Shown here one piece after another: positions 10,385-20,287 of a DNA stretch of 64,000 nucleotides. Source of the stretch: Prochlorococcus sp. AH-736-L23. GTDB lineage: Bacteria > Cyanobacteriota > Cyanobacteriia > PCC-6307 > Cyanobiaceae. The stretch lies in contig JAOIPS010000002.1 in the NCBI GenBank assembly GCA_028141225.1, positions 20,557-84,556 on the forward strand. Direction: 5' to 3'. Both the position numbers and the translations under genes were made by a program. The notes under the pieces are model-generated. The model worked only from the letters and a program-made list of their open reading frames with translations, was not told the DNA's origin and did not search any database. The stretch's first letter is position 1, and the number at the start of each line of letters is the position of its first letter.

Positions 10385-11743
10385 ATGCCAAACTTTATAA
10401 AAGATAATATTCAAAAAACAAGTAATAATTCTTCTCGTAGCATCAAAAAATTATTAAAACAAAGATCTCTAGTCGTTGCATTTTCGCTCTTATTAACAGG
10501 TTTAGGAGCCTCAATTACAAGCATATCTTTTAAAACTGGAATCTATTTTATTAATAATTGGAGATTAGCATTATTAGACCAATTCCCATCTATTGCAGTC
10601 TTACCTATATTTGGAGCTCTAGGAGGAGCTATAGCAGGATATTTGATCAAAAATATAGCACCTGCTGCAAAAGGTTCAGGGGTGAGTCAAATCATGGGTT
10701 TTTTAAGACATAAAAAAGTTCCAATGAATTTAAAAGTAGGATTAGTAAAGCTAATATCAGGAATTATTGCTATTGGTAGTGGATTTCCTTTGGGTCCAGA
10801 AGGTCCATCGGTTCAAATGGGAGGATCAGTAGCTTGGCAAATGGCAAAGTGGCTCAAAGCTCCTACAGCTTTTAGAAGAGTCATAGTAGCAGCAGGGGGT
10901 GGTGCTGGAATAGCTGCAGTGTTTAGCGCTCCATTAGGAGGATTTATCTATGCAATAGAAGAGTTATTAAACTCTGCAAGACCAGTAATTTTGCTATTAG
11001 TAGTAATTACAACTTTCATTGCAGATTCATCTGCTGATATTATTCAAGCCTTAGGTTTAGATCCTAAAGCAGGAGGCTTTGATTTTAACCTCGGATTTTT
11101 GATTCAAAGAGAATATGACCCATCAGTTTTTTTCTTACCTGTAGATTTTATTTACTTAGTTCTACTAGGAATAATTATTGGAATATTTGCAGAATTGTAC
11201 AGCAGATATGTTTTGTTAATGCAAAATCTTGGGAAAAAGTGGTATAAAAATAAATTTATTTTAAAAATGAGTATCTGTGGACTTATTTTAGGAAGCATCT
11301 ACTCTTGTTTACCCAGTACATTTCATAATTTAGATGAATTACAGAAAATAATAGCTGAACAAAATACAAGTATTGGAATTGCTTTGTTAGCAGTTTTAGT
11401 ATTATTTATCACGACGGGTTTAGCTGCAGCATCTGGAGCTCCTGGAGGATTGTTCTATCCAATGCTCACTTTAGGAGGGTCAATCGGACTAATAATGGGG
11501 AGCTGGGTGGAAATTGCAACAGGACATGCACCAAGTACATACATTTTTGCGGGAATGGGAGCTTTCGTAGCAGGATGTTCACGAACACCAATTACCGCAA
11601 TGTTTTTAGCTTTCGCTTTAACAAAAAATTTATTAATAATGAAACCTGTATTAATCAGCTGCATTGCCAGTTTCTTGATAGCAAGAGCTTTTAATGAAGA
11701 ATCAATTTATGAAAGACAAATACAAATAGAATTAGAAGACTAA
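10385..11743 (+). CDS. ClC family chloride channel / H+/Cl- exchanger
   Basis: ClC signatures GSGVS, GPEGP (gating Glu), GLFYP, and C-terminal SIYE. Confidence 0.92.
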   Translation: MPNFIKDNIQKTSNNSSRSIKKLLKQRSLVVAFSLLLTGLGASITSISFKTGIYFINNWRLALLDQFPSIAVLPIFGALGGAIAGYLIKNIAPAAKGSGVSQIMGFLRHKKVPMNLKVGLVKLISGIIAIGSGFPLGPEGPSVQMGGSVAWQMAKWLKAPTAFRRVIVAAGGGAGIAAVFSAPLGGFIYAIEELLNSARPVILLLVVITTFIADSSADIIQALGLDPKAGGFDFNLGFLIQREYDPSVFFLPVDFIYLVLLGIIIGIFAELYSRYVLLMQNLGKKWYKNKFILKMSICGLILGSIYSCLPSTFHNLDELQKIIAEQNTSIGIALLAVLVLFITTGLAAASGAPGGLFYPMLTLGGSIGLIMGSWVEIATGHAPSTYIFAGMGAFVAGCSRTPITAMFLAFALTKNLLIMKPVLISCIASFLIARAFNEESIYERQIQIELED

Positions 11744-11753
11744 AACACCATCT

Positions 11754-12608
11754 TCAATCGAAAACAGCAGTTTTGCTGTTATAAACAAATACTTGATGAT
11801 TCAGATGTAATCTAACTGCTCTTGCTAAAGCTATTCTTTCAATATCTCTTCCTTTTCTAATCAAATCGTCAACTTCATCCCTATGACTTACATTAACTGT
11901 GCATTGCTCAATTATCGGGCCTTCATCAAGATCTTCAGTAACATAGTGAGCAGTAGCACCGATTAATTTAACGCCTCTCTTCCAAGCTCGATGATATGGT
12001 TGCCCGCCCTTAAATGCAGGTAAGAAAGAATGATGAATATTTATTATTGAAGAAAACTTTTTTAAAAAAGAGTCACTCAAAATTTGCATATATTTGGCTA
12101 ATACAACGAGATCAATTTCATATTCTTTTAGTAAATGTAAAAATTGATCTTCAACAATAGATTTATCAGTTTTAAAAGTATCTATATGAACAAATTTTGC
12201 ATTAAAGTCATTTGCAATATTTTCAAGATCAGAATGATTTGAAATTATTAACGGGACTTTCATTTTGAGTTCTCCATTTCTTACTCGCCAAAGTAAATCA
12301 ATCAAACAATGATTTTGTTTACTCACGAAAATAGCAACATTTGGAATTTCATCAGAATAATTTACGTTAAATTTTCCATTAACTTCATCTGCAATTTTTG
12401 CAAATTCTTTATAAATCTCATCTCTATTAAAAAAGACATTGTTACTATTCCATTCAATTCGACTAAGAAACAAACCGGCATCTTGATCTGTGTGATGATC
12501 AGAATGTTTTATGTTTCCACCGTAATTTGAAATCCAACTTGTAAGTAAACTTACGAGACCAGGACGATCGGGACAAACAATTTTGAATATAATTGAAGGA
12601 TGTTCCAA
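11754..12608 (-). CDS. purU: Formyltetrahydrofolate deformylase
   Basis: N-terminal ACT domain (CPDRPGLV), INIHHSFLPAFKG and GATAHYVT motifs. Confidence 0.95.
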   Translation of the reverse strand: MEHPSIIFKIVCPDRPGLVSLLTSWISNYGGNIKHSDHHTDQDAGLFLSRIEWNSNNVFFNRDEIYKEFAKIADEVNGKFNVNYSDEIPNVAIFVSKQNHCLIDLLWRVRNGELKMKVPLIISNHSDLENIANDFNAKFVHIDTFKTDKSIVEDQFLHLLKEYEIDLVVLAKYMQILSDSFLKKFSSIINIHHSFLPAFKGGQPYHRAWKRGVKLIGATAHYVTEDLDEGPIIEQCTVNVSHRDEVDDLIRKGRDIERIALARAVRLHLNHQVFVYNSKTAVFD

Positions 12609-12656
12609 AAAATTTTTAACTATTAAGTCAAATAAGCAAGCATATCTAATATATCA

Positions 12657-13739
12657 ATGAAAAGCTTAAAAGAAAATTTTCAAAAAGGACACATAGTTAT
12701 TATTGGATCAGGGATTATTGGAAAATTTAACGCCTTAGAATTATCAGAATTAGGTTTCAAGGTAACGATAATAGATCCAAATGAACTCCAAAACAGTAGC
12801 TATGCAGCCTTAGGCTTACTAATGGGTAATATGTATCAAAAAAGGAGAGGTAGAAGCTGGGATCTCAGAAGACAAAGCATTGAATTATGGCCACAATGGA
12901 TTAGATTTCTGCAAAAATTTAATAGTGAATTAAATATCGAAAAACCACTAATACAACTAACTACTAATGAAGAAAAGTTTAAAAAATTAGAGAAATTTAT
13001 TTATGAAAATAATGATCAAAACTTACGAATTTTAGAAAGAGACTCAATATTTATCAAGAATATAAATAAAGCCTTCCAAACAAAGAATATAAAAGGAATG
13101 ATTTCCTTCAAAGATGGAAGAATAAATCCTTTTTCTTTACTTCAAACATTAGATAAATATCTCAAACACAAAAAAATCAATTTTTCAGAAGGAGAAATAA
13201 TAAAAATCAGAAAAACAAACAATCAATGGATTTCTACAACAAGAAACAATGAAAATATCAAATCTGATATGGTTATTTTGTGTAATTCACTAAAAGCAAT
13301 TGATTTAATAGATGGCATATCTCACAACATCACATTAAAACCTGTCTTGGGTCAAGCTATGGAAATTGATATAAATGATGCAGAAGTTGATTTATTATCG
13401 CTACCAAAACAATTCAATATAAATGGTAAAAATATAATTCCAAAATCAAAAAAAAAGCTAATCATTGGATCAACCGACGAATATAGCACTAAGCCAGAAG
13501 AAAATACTTTTGAAAAACTGACAAATTTTCTCGATAAAAAACCAAATTGGCTGATGAAAGGGAAGATATCTAAAAAATGGTACGGAATAAGGTCAAGACC
13601 AGATGGTGAGCCTTCACCAATAATGAAACATCTTGAAGATGGACTAATTATATGTACAGGTTTCTATAAAAATGGGTTTTTACTTGCTCCAGCTTGTTCT
13701 AAATGGGTTGCTAATGAAATTAAAAATTACTTTTCTTAA
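12657..13739 (+). CDS. FAD-dependent oxidoreductase, D-amino acid/glycine oxidase family
   Basis: GSGIIG Rossmann motif, SSYAALG, GIRSRP and [11 protein letters not shown]. Confidence 0.85.
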   Translation: MKSLKENFQKGHIVIIGSGIIGKFNALELSELGFKVTIIDPNELQNSSYAALGLLMGNMYQKRRGRSWDLRRQSIELWPQWIRFLQKFNSELNIEKPLIQLTTNEEKFKKLEKFIYENNDQNLRILERDSIFIKNINKAFQTKNIKGMISFKDGRINPFSLLQTLDKYLKHKKINFSEGEIIKIRKTNNQWISTTRNNENIKSDMVILCNSLKAIDLIDGISHNITLKPVLGQAMEIDINDAEVDLLSLPKQFNINGKNIIPKSKKKLIIGSTDEYSTKPEENTFEKLTNFLDKKPNWLMKGKISKKWYGIRSRPDGEPSPIMKHLEDGLIICTGFYKNGFLLAPACSKWVANEIKNYFS

Positions 13740-15643
13740 TCTTTCGTTTCAGTAAAATCTGCATCAATTACATCATCTCCACCTTTTTCGTTTGAATCAC
13801 TCTGATCGGGACCGCCCGCGGCACCAGGTGATGGTGGCTGATTGCCAGGTTGCTGATAAACAGACGAACCAACTGCATACAGTTCTTGCTGAAGTTCTTC
13901 AAGAAGTTTTTTCATTGATTCGTAATCTTCTTTTGAAGTTGCCTCTTTTAAAGCATTACTTTTTTCTTCAACTTTAGACTTTGCTGCAGCATCAATTTTG
14001 TCTCCCAACTCACCAAGTTGCTTTTCTGTCTGATAGACAAGTGTTTCAGCTTGATTTTTTAAATCAATTTTTTCTCTTTTTTCTTTATCTGCAGATGCAT
14101 TTGATTCAGCATCTTTAACCATTTTTTCTACTTCATTATCAGAAAGAGTTGAAGCACCAGTAATAGAAATACTTTGCTCTTTACCACTTCCTTTATCTTT
14201 AGCCGTAACACTAAGAATTCCATTTGCATCGATATCAAATGTAACTTCAATTTGTGGAACACCTCTAGGTGCTGAAGGTATACCATCCAATCTGAAAGTT
14301 CCTAAACTTTTGTTATCAGAAGCCATTTCTCTTTCACCCTGCAATACGTGAATTTCTACATTTGTTTGTCCATCCACAGCAGTTGAATATGTTTCAGATT
14401 TCTTCGTAGGTACTGTAGTATTTCGATTTATCATTTTTGTCATTACTCCCCCTAAAGTCTCTACACCTAATGAAAGTGGAGTAACGTCAAGTAACAATAT
14501 ATCTTTAACCTCTCCTGCTAAAACTCCTCCCTGAATAGCAGCTCCAACAGCTACAACCTCATCAGGATTGACAGTTTGATTTGGTTCTTTACCAATTATT
14601 TTTTTAACTAAATCTAAAACAGCAGGAATTCTAGATGAGCCTCCCACCATAACAACTTCATCAATTTCACTAGTAGAAATTTTTGCATCACTGATAGCTC
14701 TCTCAACTGGGGTCTTACACCTATCAATTAAAGAAGCAGCTAATTCCTCAAACTTTGCTCTAGTGAGGTTCAAATCCAAATGTTTTGGTCCTTCGGGAGT
14801 TGCTGTAATGAAGGGTAGATTTATTTCACTTTGGGTAGCATTTGAGAGCTCTATTTTTGCTTTTTCTGCAGCTTCAGTCAATCTTTGTAATGCTTGCTTA
14901 TCTTGTCTAAGATCAATTCCCTCATTTGATTTAAAAGTATTAGCTAAGTGATCTACTATGCATCTATCAAAATCATCACCACCTAAATGTGTATCTCCAG
15001 ATGTAGAAAGAACTTCAGTTACTCCATCACCAGCTTCAATAACTGAGACATCAAATGTTCCTCCCCCTAAATCAAAAACAAGAATTTTTTCATTTTCTTT
15101 ATCCAAGCCATATGCTAAAGCCGCAGCAGTTGGTTCATTAACAATTCTCAAGACTTCTAAACCTGCAATCTTTCCAGCATCTTTCGTAGCCTGTCTCTGA
15201 GAATCATTAAAGTAAGCTGGAACTGTAATTACAGCTTGTGTAACTTTGTCGCCAAGGTATTTACCTGCATCATCTGCTAACTTTCTTAAAACTTGAGAAC
15301 TCACTTCTTCAGGAGAGAACTGTTTATCCAAAATAGGACATTTTAATTTGACACTAGAGCCAGATTTTTCAACAGAATAACTAACTTCTTTAGATTCTTC
15401 ATTAACTTCATCAACTCTTCTACCAACAAAACGTTTTGCAGAATAAAAAGTATTTTCAGGGTTCATTACAGCTTGTCTTTTTGCTATTTGTCCAACAAGC
15501 TGATCTTGATTTTTTGTATATGCAACAACTGATGGAGTAGTTCTGAAACCCTCAGCATTTGCTATTACAGTAGGCTTACCACCTTCCATTACAGCGACAC
15601 AACTATTAGTTGTTCCTAAATCAATTCCGACTACCTTACCCAT
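13736..15643 (-). CDS. dnaK: Chaperone DnaK (DnaK2-type)
   Basis: [14 protein letters not shown] start, [11 protein letters not shown]-terminal DVIDADF. The computed ORF extension to 15706 is probably untranslated. Confidence 0.98.
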   Translation of the reverse strand: MGKVVGIDLGTTNSCVAVMEGGKPTVIANAEGFRTTPSVVAYTKNQDQLVGQIAKRQAVMNPENTFYSAKRFVGRRVDEVNEESKEVSYSVEKSGSSVKLKCPILDKQFSPEEVSSQVLRKLADDAGKYLGDKVTQAVITVPAYFNDSQRQATKDAGKIAGLEVLRIVNEPTAAALAYGLDKENEKILVFDLGGGTFDVSVIEAGDGVTEVLSTSGDTHLGGDDFDRCIVDHLANTFKSNEGIDLRQDKQALQRLTEAAEKAKIELSNATQSEINLPFITATPEGPKHLDLNLTRAKFEELAASLIDRCKTPVERAISDAKISTSEIDEVVMVGGSSRIPAVLDLVKKIIGKEPNQTVNPDEVVAVGAAIQGGVLAGEVKDILLLDVTPLSLGVETLGGVMTKMINRNTTVPTKKSETYSTAVDGQTNVEIHVLQGEREMASDNKSLGTFRLDGIPSAPRGVPQIEVTFDIDANGILSVTAKDKGSGKEQSISITGASTLSDNEVEKMVKDAESNASADKEKREKIDLKNQAETLVYQTEKQLGELGDKIDAAAKSKVEEKSNALKEATSKEDYESMKKLLEELQQELYAVGSSVYQQPGNQPPSPGAAGGPDQSDSNEKGGDDVIDADFTETKD

Positions 15644-15712
15644 GGGTAAATTCTTTGTATTTGTTATTCTCCATAATCGGTCATTGACGTCATTATTGTT
15701 ACTCAAAGACGG

Positions 15713-15728
15713 GGAGTGGTTCCCGAAC
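15713..15728 (-). promoter_or_regulatory. K-box-like element upstream of dnaK
   Basis: Minus strand GTTCGGGAACCACTCC, about 70-85 bp upstream of the dnaK ATG. It resembles the cyanobacterial K-box (GTTCGG-NNAN-CCNNAC) with 2 mismatches. Confidence 0.5.
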
Positions 15729-15760
15729 AGACCATTACTTTTAAGGTTAAAATTCTAAAT

Positions 15761-16621
15761 ATGATTTCAAGCAAGACATCTTTCATCGCATTAATTGGCA
15801 ATCCAGTAAGCCATTCTTTGTCTCCAATTATGCAGAATGCTGCCCTTCAATATTTAGGCTTAGATTTAATATATATTGCTGTACCCTGTGAAGATGAAGA
15901 TCTAGAATTAGTTCTTAATTCTTTTAAAAAAATTAATTGCAAGGGTTTAAACATTACAATTCCACACAAAGAAAAAGTATTTAACCTTTGTAGTGAAATC
16001 TCCCCTATTGCTAACAAACTTAAAGCAATTAATACCCTCAAATTAAATTCTGAAAATGAATGGAGCGCGACTAATACGGATGTAGAGGGATTTATTTATC
16101 CATTAAAAAATTTAAAATTAGCAAAGAAAAAATCAATAGTTCTTGGCTCCGGGGGTGCAGCAAGATCTATTATTCAAGGTTTAATAAATTTAAATCTTTC
16201 AACAATTTCAGTAATATCACGTAACAAATCATCACTAGATGAATTAAGAAAAAACTTTGAAAATCAAATTGAACTTCAGAGCTTCTTAAATAACGATAAT
16301 CAAGCTCAAAATTTAATTGAAGAAGCAGATTTAGTTGTAAATACAACACCAGTAGGAATGAAAACAGCTAAAAATGAAATGAATTTATTGCCATATGGAG
16401 ATTACTTTTGGAGATCTCTTAACTCAAAAACTATTGTTTATGATTTGATATATAATCCTGCTCCGACTCATCTATTAAAATTTAGCGCCAATAAAGGATG
16501 CATGACTATAGATGGTTTGCAAATGCTTGTTGCCCAAGGAATAAAATCATTATCATTTTGGACAGATGGTTTAGAAGTACCTTTTCATGTAATGAATGAC
16601 GCACTCAAAAATCATCTTTAA
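15761..16621 (+). CDS. aroE: Shikimate dehydrogenase
   Basis: GNPVSHSLSP, NITIPHK, NTDVEGF, LGSGGAARS and DGLQMLVAQG motifs. Confidence 0.96.
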   Translation: MISSKTSFIALIGNPVSHSLSPIMQNAALQYLGLDLIYIAVPCEDEDLELVLNSFKKINCKGLNITIPHKEKVFNLCSEISPIANKLKAINTLKLNSENEWSATNTDVEGFIYPLKNLKLAKKKSIVLGSGGAARSIIQGLINLNLSTISVISRNKSSLDELRKNFENQIELQSFLNNDNQAQNLIEEADLVVNTTPVGMKTAKNEMNLLPYGDYFWRSLNSKTIVYDLIYNPAPTHLLKFSANKGCMTIDGLQMLVAQGIKSLSFWTDGLEVPFHVMNDALKNHL

Positions 16622-16674
16622 AATAATGCTAATTTTCAAGGAACTGCACATCATGATGTATCGTTAAGGATGAA

Positions 16675-16718
16675 CAGACGCTCATGACATCTTTTATATG
16701 AGCCAAAGACCTTGTCTG
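16675..16718 (+). promoter_or_regulatory. Putative structured rpsF leader (S6:S18-binding-like)
   Basis: Nested stems CAGAC(16675-79)/GTCTG(16714-18) and GCTCAT(16680-85)/ATGAGC(16698-703), with CCA at the 3' junction just before the start codon. Confidence 0.45.
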
Positions 16719-16723
16719 AAACT

Positions 16724-17185
16724 ATGAACGATCAACAATCTTATTACGAAACCATGTATATCCTCCGCCCAGATATTGCGGAAGATGAAGTAACTAACCA
16801 CATTGATAAATACAATAAGCTTTTAGAAGAATTTGGTGGTACCATCCTCGATAGTCAAATGAGGGGCAAAAGAAGATTAGCCTATCAAATAGCAAAACAT
16901 AGAGAAGGTATTTACGTCCAACTTAGTCATCAAGGAGATGGACAACATATTTTCAAAATCGAAAAAGCAATGAGACTAAGTGAAGATGTTATTAGATACA
17001 TGACCGTTAAACAAGAAGGTCCCTTGCCAACTCCAAGACCTTCTACGAAGAGTTCAACTAAAGCTGATGAGAAAGAAAATCTAGAAACTAAAGTTGAATC
17101 TAAGGAAGAACAACCAGTAGTAAGCGCAAATACTTCAACTTCGGGAAAAAATGAAACTGAAACTAAAGAAAATGCAGAATCTTAA
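16724..17185 (+). CDS. rpsF: 30S ribosomal protein S6
   Basis: [19 protein letters not shown] and LSEDVIRY motifs, plus a low-complexity C-terminal tail. Alternative TTG start at 16712. Confidence 0.96.
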   Translation: MNDQQSYYETMYILRPDIAEDEVTNHIDKYNKLLEEFGGTILDSQMRGKRRLAYQIAKHREGIYVQLSHQGDGQHIFKIEKAMRLSEDVIRYMTVKQEGPLPTPRPSTKSSTKADEKENLETKVESKEEQPVVSANTSTSGKNETETKENAES

Positions 17186-17188
17186 ATG

Positions 17189-18403
17189 TTAATCTTTTGT
17201 TTTTGAATTTAATTCAGCCCATATTTTATTAGACATACCCCACATATAAATAAAACCCTCTGCTAAAGAATGATTGAAAACATCGTCTTTGCTATAAGTT
17301 GCCAAATCTTCTCTGTAAAGTGAATTATTTTCCGACATTCTACCGATTACTATTGCGTTCCCCTTATGAAGTCTAATCTTTACTCTTCCATTAACTGCAG
17401 TTTGAGTCGACGAAATAAATGAATCTAAACTATCTTTAAGAGGTCCAAACCAAAAACCTTGATAGACAAGTTGACCCCATTTTTTTTCAACTGTTCCTTT
17501 AAAGTCAACAACGTCTGGATTTAATGTAATGCTTTCTAATTCTTTGTGAGCTTTGATTAAAAGCAAGAGGCCTGGTGTTTCATAAATCTCTCTACTTTTA
17601 ATTCCTACTACTCGATCTTCAATCATATCAATTCTTCCAAAACCATGCTCACCTGCGAGAACATTAGCTTTTTTAATAATCTCTACGGGGGTTAGAGATT
17701 CATCATTAATTCCTATAGGAAACCCATTTTTGAAAATAATTTCTACTTCTTGAGGAGAATCAGGTGAATTATCAACTGATGATGTCATCGAAAATATATC
17801 CTCAGGTGCTTCTTGCATTGGGTCTTCTAATATACCTGCTTCAATACTCCTACCAAGTAAGTTAACGTCTATAGAATATGGTGATTTTTTTGATACTGGC
17901 GCAGGTATACCAAATTTTTCTCCATACACTATTGCCTCTTCTCTACTCATATTCCACTCCCTAGCAGGAGTAATTATTTTTAAATCAGGACCTAAAGCGT
18001 TGATTGCTAAATCGAACCGAACTTGATCATTACCTTTACCAGTGCATCCATGAGCTACTGCATCGGCATTAATCTCTCTAGCAATATTTACGAGATTTTC
18101 AGCAATTAAAGGCCTAGCAAGAGCAGTAGATAAAGGATATTTATCTAAATACAATGCGTTTGCTCTAATTGCTGGAAAAGCGTATCTCTCCACAAAATTA
18201 TTAACTAAATTGCCAACGATTGATTTAGATGCACCAGAGTTTAAAGCTTTCTGCCTAATAAGTTCTAAATCCTCGCCCTGTCCAAGATCTGCCACAAAAG
18301 TAACTACTTCTGAAATTCCATATTCATTTTTTAAATATGGAATACAAACGCTCGTATCTACGCCACCAGAATAAGCTAGTACAACTTTTTTTACCTGCTG
18401 CAT
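17189..18403 (-). CDS. argG: Argininosuccinate synthase
   Basis: [23 protein letters not shown] and [10 protein letters not shown] motifs. Confidence 0.97.
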   Translation of the reverse strand: MQQVKKVVLAYSGGVDTSVCIPYLKNEYGISEVVTFVADLGQGEDLELIRQKALNSGASKSIVGNLVNNFVERYAFPAIRANALYLDKYPLSTALARPLIAENLVNIAREINADAVAHGCTGKGNDQVRFDLAINALGPDLKIITPAREWNMSREEAIVYGEKFGIPAPVSKKSPYSIDVNLLGRSIEAGILEDPMQEAPEDIFSMTSSVDNSPDSPQEVEIIFKNGFPIGINDESLTPVEIIKKANVLAGEHGFGRIDMIEDRVVGIKSREIYETPGLLLLIKAHKELESITLNPDVVDFKGTVEKKWGQLVYQGFWFGPLKDSLDSFISSTQTAVNGRVKIRLHKGNAIVIGRMSENNSLYREDLATYSKDDVFNHSLAEGFIYMWGMSNKIWAELNSKTKD

Positions 18404-18440
18404 CTAAATTTGCTCCATAAATTTAAATTTTTTGACGTAA

Positions 18441-18686
18441 TTAAGAATTTGAATACTTATTAAAGACTAATATTATTGTAACTAAAAGAGCTGGACCAAA
18501 AACTAGTAATAAGACAAGAAAGTTATTAATTATTAAAAAATTGGGATTCAAATATCCAATAATTTTTAATAATCCAGACAGCAACAATGAAATTAGCCAA
18601 ATAAAAAAGTATTTTAAATTTCCTTTATCAAACAAAGTTTTTAAGTATGCATCATTATGTATTATCTTATATATAGAACAAAACAC
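18441..18686 (-). CDS. Small hypothetical membrane protein (2 TM), start uncertain
   Basis: The ORF fills the argG-DUF3134 gap and has two clear hydrophobic segments. The true start is probably downstream of 18686. Confidence 0.5.
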   Translation of the reverse strand: MFCSIYKIIHNDAYLKTLFDKGNLKYFFIWLISLLLSGLLKIIGYLNPNFLIINNFLVLLLVFGPALLVTIILVFNKYSNS

Positions 18687-18689
18687 TTA

Positions 18690-18971
18690 ATGGATTCAAA
18701 TAAATTAAAACTTAGATTGGATGATATCTCTGAAGTCAATCCTGCTTTAACTTGCTATCACAGAGATGATCCAGCTCCTGTGTTGCCACTAAGAGAGGAA
18801 CCCGATCTACTATCTTGGCTCGAAAATACAGGTAGACTCGTTGCAGAAAAAGATGGAGATTCACAAGAGATTAGTACAATAGAAGAAGAAGAACTTTCAG
18901 CACTTATGGGAGAAAAGGAAGATTATAAAACTGAAGAAGATCCTTCATTAGAAGATGATTGGGAAGATTAA
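18690..18971 (+). CDS. Conserved cyanobacterial protein, DUF3134-like
   Basis: NPAL...PAPVLPL...LLSWLENTGRL motif and an acidic tail. Sits directly upstream of mraY. Confidence 0.8.
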   Translation: MDSNKLKLRLDDISEVNPALTCYHRDDPAPVLPLREEPDLLSWLENTGRLVAEKDGDSQEISTIEEEELSALMGEKEDYKTEEDPSLEDDWED

Positions 18972-20031
18972 AAAGTTTAACTTTGAATCTTTATTTATAT
19001 TAAATACTTTTGCTTTAATAGTTACCTCCTATTTTTTTAATAATTTTATTTTTACAGGAGTTTACATATTATTTTTCTTTATTTCTATTTTTACAACTAA
19101 AAATGGGCTAAAGATTATCAAAAAATTTAATTTACTTCAAAATATTAGAAATGAAGGCCCAGCTAATCACTTAAAAAAAAGTGATACTCCTACAATGGGT
19201 GGAATTTTTATAATAATTCCTTTTTTAATTTTGCTTTTGATAATAACTATCAAATTAGCTTCTCTAAAATTATTTCTTTTATTAATTACTATTTTTGGTT
19301 TCTTTATTACTGGATTTTTAGATGATTATTTAAGCATTAAAAAAAAAGAGAACACAGGTTTAAAAACAAAAGAAAAATTTATCTTACAAAGTGTCATCTC
19401 AATAATTTTTGTATTTTTAGCCTATGAAAAAAATTTAATCAGTCCAGTAATAACAGTTTCTGACTACTGGGGAATAAATATGAATATTTTCATATTGCCA
19501 GTTTCTTTTTTAGTACTTGTAGGCATAAGTAATTCAGTAAATTTGACTGATGGACTAGATGGATTAGCAGCTGGATGCAGTGGGATTGTCTTTTACGGAT
19601 TAGGAACAGAAATATTACTGAAAGAACAACAAGAACTTTTAATTTTTAGCATATTATGTTTTTCAATGTCCGGCATATGCTTGGGATTTCTTAAATATAA
19701 TAGATATCCTGCAAAAATATTTATGGGTGATACAGGATCTCTAAGTATTGGAGCAATTCTGGGTTCTATAGCGTTATTAACCAATAGCGTTTTTACCTTA
19801 TGTATTTTCTCAGGAATATTTATTATTGAATCGTTATCAGTAATAATACAAGTAGGGTTTTTTAAAATTACGAAAAAATTATTTCACAGAGGTAAACGCA
19901 TATTTTTAATGGCTCCACTACACCACCACTTTGAACTTAAAGGAGTGAAGGAACAAAAAATAGTTGAAAATTTTTGGAAAATCAACATTTTACTTATAAT
20001 TTTAGGTATAGTTTTAAAAATCAATCTTTGA
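18955..20031 (+). CDS. mraY: Phospho-N-acetylmuramoyl-pentapeptide transferase
   Basis: TPTMGG, GFLDDY, NSVNLTDGLDGL, FMGDTGS and MAPLHHHFE motifs. Confidence 0.97.
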   Translation: MIGKIKKFNFESLFILNTFALIVTSYFFNNFIFTGVYILFFFISIFTTKNGLKIIKKFNLLQNIRNEGPANHLKKSDTPTMGGIFIIIPFLILLLIITIKLASLKLFLLLITIFGFFITGFLDDYLSIKKKENTGLKTKEKFILQSVISIIFVFLAYEKNLISPVITVSDYWGINMNIFILPVSFLVLVGISNSVNLTDGLDGLAAGCSGIVFYGLGTEILLKEQQELLIFSILCFSMSGICLGFLKYNRYPAKIFMGDTGSLSIGAILGSIALLTNSVFTLCIFSGIFIIESLSVIIQVGFFKITKKLFHRGKRIFLMAPLHHHFELKGVKEQKIVENFWKINILLIILGIVLKINL

Positions 20032-20041
20032 AAAATTTATT

Positions 20042-20287
20042 ATGAATTTTTTTACATGGAAAGATAATGGATTAACAAGTGACTGCTCAAGTCTTGATGC
20101 AATGGCTTCAAGATTTGAAGAAACTGCTAACTTAATGAAAAAACTATCTAAAAAAGGCTTTAAGCTAAAGAAAACTCAAAATAATCAACTAATTCTTCAC
20201 CCTGATCCGGAAGTTTTTGATCAATGGGGTTTTATAAGTGAGGAAGTCCCTTTTAAACAACTTTGTTTAATGTCAGAAGAAGAATAA
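20042..20287 (+). CDS. Small hypothetical protein
   Basis: 81-aa ATG ORF 10 bp after mraY with a globular-looking sequence. Its 3' end overlaps spsA. Confidence 0.7.
   Translation: MNFFTWKDNGLTSDCSSLDAMASRFEETANLMKKLSKKGFKLKKTQNNQLILHPDPEVFDQWGFISEEVPFKQLCLMSEEE

Noticed and set aside
15644-15760. N-terminal extensions of dnaK (to 15706) and aroE (from 15716) in the ORF track
   Set aside because: The conserved proteins begin at 15643 and 15761. The extensions would leave no room for the divergent promoters.
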